From a virus (Duplodnaviria; Caudoviricetes): a DNA stretch of 64,000 nt. Under the pieces are notes generated by a model that worked only from the letters and a program-made list of their open reading frames with translations, made no database searches and had not been told where the DNA came from. Below, piece by piece: positions 59,301 through 64,000 of this stretch. The stretch's first letter is position 1. Every line of letters begins with the position of its first letter. Location of the stretch: the IMG/VR virus record IMGVR_UViG_3300042866_001263. One strand, given 5' to 3'. Both the position numbers and the translations under genes were made by a program.

Positions 59301-61127
59301 ATGGCTGCTATTATCTCTGATAAATTTAGAATTTTTAATGCGAAGCAATTTCTAGAATCGCTAACTGAAGGTGCTACGGATACTGGTTCCGAGCGTAGTA
59401 GAATGTACTTCTTCGTGGGTCGCCCACAACCTTGGAGAGCATATTTAGAAATTTATTCCAAAGGATCTGTTGCTTTTACAGCAGGACACAAGATCTTTGT
59501 TGGAACAACTGCTGGTCAGTATGGTGCCTCTGCTTTTAAAGCAACTATCGCTGCAGTTTATGATACTGCCCTCCTTCTAACTGACGTTTTTGGAACTAGT
59601 GGTGTTAATTCCACTCCACCTGTAGGAAGCACAATTACTGCAACAGCAGATAATGGAGCAACTATTGTTACAAACGCAACCGCCGTTACAGGTATCTATC
59701 GTTATGCTACCGAGGATGTGCCACCTCTTCCTCTAGATAACCAAGCAGAAGTAATTTCCATCTACGACGAAATTATTGCTGCTAAGAGAATTACCGACAC
59801 TTTTGCTAGAGCAGTCATTAGACGTTATAATTGGGACTTAGTTGCTAACCCCAAGTTTGATATGTGGAAGCCAGACTACTCTGCTACTCCAGGTGGCGGT
59901 GGTCAAATCGGAAAAGCAGCAGCAACTGGTGCAACTTCAATTGCTGATGCTAAATTCTATGTAATGAACTCCGCATACGAAGTATTCAAGTGCCTCTATA
60001 ATGGTCAAAATCCTTCAAATGCTAGTGGTCAAAACGCAACCGAAGAGCCAATTACAACTGGTGCTAATTATGCATCAGGAACTGGTCTCTATACAGAAAC
60101 AACTGGTGCTGGATATATTTGGAAATATATGTACACCATCCCAACTGATGATGTACTAAGATTCCTATCATCAGACTTTAAGCCAATCGTTCTTCCATCA
60201 AACACTTCACGTAGTACTGTTACAGCATCTGCTGTTGCTGGAGCATGTGATGTTGTTCTGATTGAAGATGCTGGATCTGGTCTTCCTGCTTCACAAACTC
60301 TCTATACATCCATCAAGGGAGATGGAACAGGTGGTATTGTTAAATTCACTACAAATGGTGGTGGAAATATCACATCTGCTTCAATTCAAGCAAGAGGATC
60401 TGGTTATACATATGCAAACGTACTACTAGGAAATGGCAACCTATTCAGTAATGTAGGTCTTACAACTGCGGTTGCTACTACTGCAGGATGGAAAGGTGCT
60501 CTAGAAGTTATCCTTCCACCTCTTGGCGGTCATGGTAAAGATCATGAAGCAGAATTAAATGCTAAGAGAATTATGACGAATATTCGTCTAACATACTCAG
60601 AAGGTTCAGGAGACTTCCCAGTTGATAACGATTTCCGCAGAATTGGTATTCTCAAGGACCCATATAATTATGGCACAACAACTTTCTCAACTGCTGATAC
60701 ACTAACTGGTCTAAAAGCAATCAAGATTACTGGTGCAACTGCAGACTTCATCCCAGACGAAAGAATTCAACAAACAGTAAGTGGTGGAACTGCTTATGGT
60801 ACTGTTGTTTCTTGGACCCTCGATAGTGGTTCAACAACTGCTGGTGTTCTGAAGTATATCCAGACAAATGATGCTCATGCTGACAGCGGTGTTGTCAGAG
60901 CTTTTGCTAGCAACGGAGCAAACGCCGTTACTGGTGCTTTGTCAAGTAGTTCTGGCACTGTCAATACCGCATACGCTGGTTCACTTCTAGGTATGACTTT
61001 TGCTGCTGGTCTTGCAAATCCAGAGATCGAAAATAATTCTGGCGAGATTATCTACGTAGAAAATCGTCGTCTAATTACTCGTGCTCCAGACCAGATTGAA
61101 GATATCAAACTCGTAATCGAGTTCTGA
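59301..61127 (+). CDS. gp8: baseplate wedge subunit, T4 gp8-like
   Basis: MAAIISDKFRIFNAKQFLES, YFFVGRPQPW, VYKCLYN-like FKCLYNG, GYIWKYMYTI, DFRRIGILKDP. Confidence 0.92.
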   Translation: MAAIISDKFRIFNAKQFLESLTEGATDTGSERSRMYFFVGRPQPWRAYLEIYSKGSVAFTAGHKIFVGTTAGQYGASAFKATIAAVYDTALLLTDVFGTSGVNSTPPVGSTITATADNGATIVTNATAVTGIYRYATEDVPPLPLDNQAEVISIYDEIIAAKRITDTFARAVIRRYNWDLVANPKFDMWKPDYSATPGGGGQIGKAAATGATSIADAKFYVMNSAYEVFKCLYNGQNPSNASGQNATEEPITTGANYASGTGLYTETTGAGYIWKYMYTIPTDDVLRFLSSDFKPIVLPSNTSRSTVTASAVAGACDVVLIEDAGSGLPASQTLYTSIKGDGTGGIVKFTTNGGGNITSASIQARGSGYTYANVLLGNGNLFSNVGLTTAVATTAGWKGALEVILPPLGGHGKDHEAELNAKRIMTNIRLTYSEGSGDFPVDNDFRRIGILKDPYNYGTTTFSTADTLTGLKAIKITGATADFIPDERIQQTVSGGTAYGTVVSWTLDSGSTTAGVLKYIQTNDAHADSGVVRAFASNGANAVTGALSSSSGTVNTAYAGSLLGMTFAAGLANPEIENNSGEIIYVENRRLITRAPDQIEDIKLVIEF

Positions 61128-61184
61128 TTTATATTTTACTCCGCTAAATACTAACGATTAGATGTTTGTATTTGGCGGAGTACG

Positions 61185-64000
61185 ATGCCACAGAAGACCA
61201 ATCTCAACGTAAATCCTTATTACGAGGACTTTGATGCGAATAAGAATTTTTATAAGGTTCTTTTTCGCCCTGGTTACTCAATTCAAGGCAGAGAACTAAC
61301 ACAACTACAGTCTATTCTACAGAATCAGATTGAAAGTTTTGGTAAGTATGCCTTCAAACAGGGCGAAATGGTTATACCTGGAGAGGTTGGATTAAATACT
61401 AAATTAGATTATGTAAAGTTATCTTCCGTTTCTGAAGTAGCAATAAACGAAGGTAATGATATTGTTTATAAAAAGTACGACATCTCACAACTAGTTGGTC
61501 AACAAGTTGTTGGATTAACATCTGGTGTTGTAGCAACAATATTGACAACGAAAGAATCGACAGATACTTCTGTCGATACAATTTATGTAAATTATATCAC
61601 AAGTGGAAATTCAAATACTGAACCAACTTTTAGACAAGGAGAAACTCTAGAGGTAGTTGACGGTGTTAATACTCCACTTCTTGTTGTAGGTACAAATGGC
61701 AGTGTTCTTCCAACAAGTATTAGTGTAATAAATCCAGATACTGGAGACGTAGCATCAGTAGAAAGTCCTGCTATGGGATTTGCATCTGCTGTTAAAGTAG
61801 AAGAGGGAATTTATTTTATTAATGGATACTTTGTTCGCAACGATGCAGAACTTTTAGTAATTGATGAATATTATGACAAACCTTCTGCTAAAATTGGATT
61901 TACTATATCAGAGACAATTGTAACTCCTGAGCAAGATAGCTCACTGTATGATAATGCAATTGGATCTTCAAACTATACTGCTCCAGGAGCACATAGATTA
62001 AAAATTGGAGTAAAGTTAACCGAGTTTGATCTTGGAGCAATTACTGACAAGAATTTTATTCAACTTCTAACAGTTTCTAGAGGAGTTGTAAAATCAAAAG
62101 TAACTCAGACAGATTATAACTTACTAGAAGAAACACTTGCAAGAAGAACTTTCGATGAAAGTGGCGACTACGTTGTAGACAATTTTGCAGTTGATGTTAG
62201 AGAATACGCACAGAAAGATGGCAATAAAGGCATCTTTTCCGCAGATGAGTTTGGATTATATAATGGATTAACATCTGCAGAATCATCTAAAAAAATGATT
62301 GCCAGTGTTGGTTCTGGTAAAGCATATGTTAAGGGATATGAAATTGTCAACAAAGAAACAAAATATCTCCCGATCAACAAAGCAAGAGAAAGTCTCAGCA
62401 GTGATAATGTAACGCTAAAGACAAAAGGATTACCAACATTTAGTGTTACGAATGTATATGGCAGTGTTCCCCTAAACAAAGAGGGTTCTGATCTCACTGC
62501 ATATCCAGATGTATTTTTATATTCAACATTTAATGATGGATCTATTGGTCTTAATAATACAGAACTTCCAACCGATCACAGACAAACTTTAGATAGAAGA
62601 GGATTGATTTTTAATAGTAATGATGCTATTAAAACAATCACTATTCAAGTAACAAATACTGTTACTACGATTGCATCTATTACTGATGGAACGTTTGAAG
62701 ACAAGATTGGCACACTGTACTATGTAAAAACTAGAGGCAATACTAATGCTCCAACTGCCATCGGAAGCATTAAATCTTTGTCATATGCTGTAGTCAGTAA
62801 GCCACTTGTAAATCCAAATACAGCAGTTAAATTTATAGAACTAACTGTTTTAGGTCCAAAGGACGAGTTGGAGTTGCTATTACTTGAGTATGATAATGGA
62901 GACACTAGTTTTTTACGTAAATTATATCTAACTCAAGCATCAGCTCAACTTGGAGCAAATAATAGTGAATTTGGTTTCATCGTTGATTATAGACCAACTA
63001 TAACACCAGTAATTGGAAAAGTAAAGCCAAGCAATTTCTATCTCCAAAGCAGAGGATCTGGTTTCAACTCAGATTCCGATATTGTACTTTCTAGAGGTCG
63101 TTTATCTGGTGGATCATCAGCCTACAATGGCGTCTTTGGATTGTCGTATTTTGATCCATCTTTCTTCACCAAGATCACTCTAGAATCGGTGCCAACAGGT
63201 GTTGGTGCCTTTGATACTGGTAAGTATGTATTTGGTCTAGAAAGCGGCGCCTACGGCGTTGTAGAGGGGTCTCCATCAGGAGTATACACAACCAATAATC
63301 TATTGTTTGTTAAAACTCTTTCTGGAAGGTTTAAATCTGGAGAAACTATCAGAGATGAATCTGGAAGTACAGTAAAGATTGCAAAAGACAACACAATTTC
63401 ACATTTTGTTGTGCAAAATAGAGGTCTTGGTTATGCAGATGGAGTGAGTATTATAATTAATGGATTGGAATACGACTCATCAAAAGTAGAGTTATTCAAA
63501 ACAAATTCTGGATCGATTTATAAAGCACTCATTAACAATCGTCGTGCTGTCAATATAGAATTCTCACAACCTCCAGCAGTAAGTGTAAAGAATCCATCAG
63601 ACGCAACTCCACCAAGTTCTGGCGCAGTTGTTGTTCCTATTTTATTCAGAGATACTGTAGTTACATACTCTCCACAAAATGTTAAATCTATTGGTTGTAG
63701 ATATGGATCTGGAAATGCTAATGTGTTTAGTGCAGATGCTGTAGTAGATAGTAAAGTATATTCAGAGATAAAATCAGTAACAGACTTCACTTTCTTTGGC
63801 ACTGCTGGATATGATTTCATTGAATCAACTAGCTTTAGTGCTGATGCTAGCACTGCAGTTACACAAGGAGATGTTGTACAATTTTCTGATGTAAATAACA
63901 ATTTGGTTCGTGCAGTTGTTCAATCTGCTACTGAACCATCTGGATCTGCGAAGACGAGAATTTATTTGGATACTGTACTTCCTGGAAATGTAACAAATAC
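61185..64000 (+). CDS. DUF4815/VrlC-like baseplate-associated structural protein (partial, runs off the window)
   Basis: Hand-translated MPQKTNLNVNPYYEDFDANKNFYKVLFRPGYSIQGRELTQLQSILQNQIE...; frame appears open to the window end; CTAAATA upstream. Confidence 0.85.
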   Translation, partial: MPQKTNLNVNPYYEDFDANKNFYKVLFRPGYSIQGRELTQLQSILQNQIESFGKYAFKQGEMVIPGEVGLNTKLDYVKLSSVSEVAINEGNDIVYKKYDISQLVGQQVVGLTSGVVATILTTKESTDTSVDTIYVNYITSGNSNTEPTFRQGETLEVVDGVNTPLLVVGTNGSVLPTSISVINPDTGDVASVESPAMGFASAVKVEEGIYFINGYFVRNDAELLVIDEYYDKPSAKIGFTISETIVTPEQDSSLYDNAIGSSNYTAPGAHRLKIGVKLTEFDLGAITDKNFIQLLTVSRGVVKSKVTQTDYNLLEETLARRTFDESGDYVVDNFAVDVREYAQKDGNKGIFSADEFGLYNGLTSAESSKKMIASVGSGKAYVKGYEIVNKETKYLPINKARESLSSDNVTLKTKGLPTFSVTNVYGSVPLNKEGSDLTAYPDVFLYSTFNDGSIGLNNTELPTDHRQTLDRRGLIFNSNDAIKTITIQVTNTVTTIASITDGTFEDKIGTLYYVKTRGNTNAPTAIGSIKSLSYAVVSKPLVNPNTAVKFIELTVLGPKDELELLLLEYDNGDTSFLRKLYLTQASAQLGANNSEFGFIVDYRPTITPVIGKVKPSNFYLQSRGSGFNSDSDIVLSRGRLSGGSSAYNGVFGLSYFDPSFFTKITLESVPTGVGAFDTGKYVFGLESGAYGVVEGSPSGVYTTNNLLFVKTLSGRFKSGETIRDESGSTVKIAKDNTISHFVVQNRGLGYADGVSIIINGLEYDSSKVELFKTNSGSIYKALINNRRAVNIEFSQPPAVSVKNPSDATPPSSGAVVVPILFRDTVVTYSPQNVKSIGCRYGSGNANVFSADAVVDSKVYSEIKSVTDFTFFGTAGYDFIESTSFSADASTAVTQGDVVQFSDVNNNLVRAVVQSATEPSGSAKTRIYLDTVLPGNVTN

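Noticed and set aside
48884-64000. Introns, inteins or homing endonucleases in the baseplate genes
   Set aside because: The ORFs are continuous, and I saw no LAGLIDADG, HNH or GIY-YIG motifs or intein C...HN termini.

Overview
This window is 64 kb of a T4-like cyanomyovirus (cyanophage) genome, coded almost entirely on the + strand. 1-22.7 kb holds tRNA-Arg(ACG), a 4248-aa fibre-like virion protein, three tail-collar fibre genes, a fibre chaperone, a glutaredoxin and a 2OG-Fe(II) oxygenase. 22.7-45.3 kb is an early/accessory island of about 70 mostly tiny ORFs, including an SF2 helicase, a putative nuclease plus Dam-family methylase pair, and RlpA-, AbrB-, QueG-, KTSC-, ArdA- and HicA-like genes. 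The island is organised by 16 copies of a 22-bp palindrome placed 29-31 nt upstream of a -10 box. 45.4-64 kb is the baseplate module (PAAR-like, gp25, gp6, gp7, gp8, and a DUF4815/VrlC-like gene that runs off the end) with T4-type late promoters. The most striking signal is a set of tandem repeats in two giant virion proteins that align by eye with the phycobiliprotein core, including Cys residues at positions matching both bilin-attachment sites. All family assignments come from motif recognition by eye; no searches were run.
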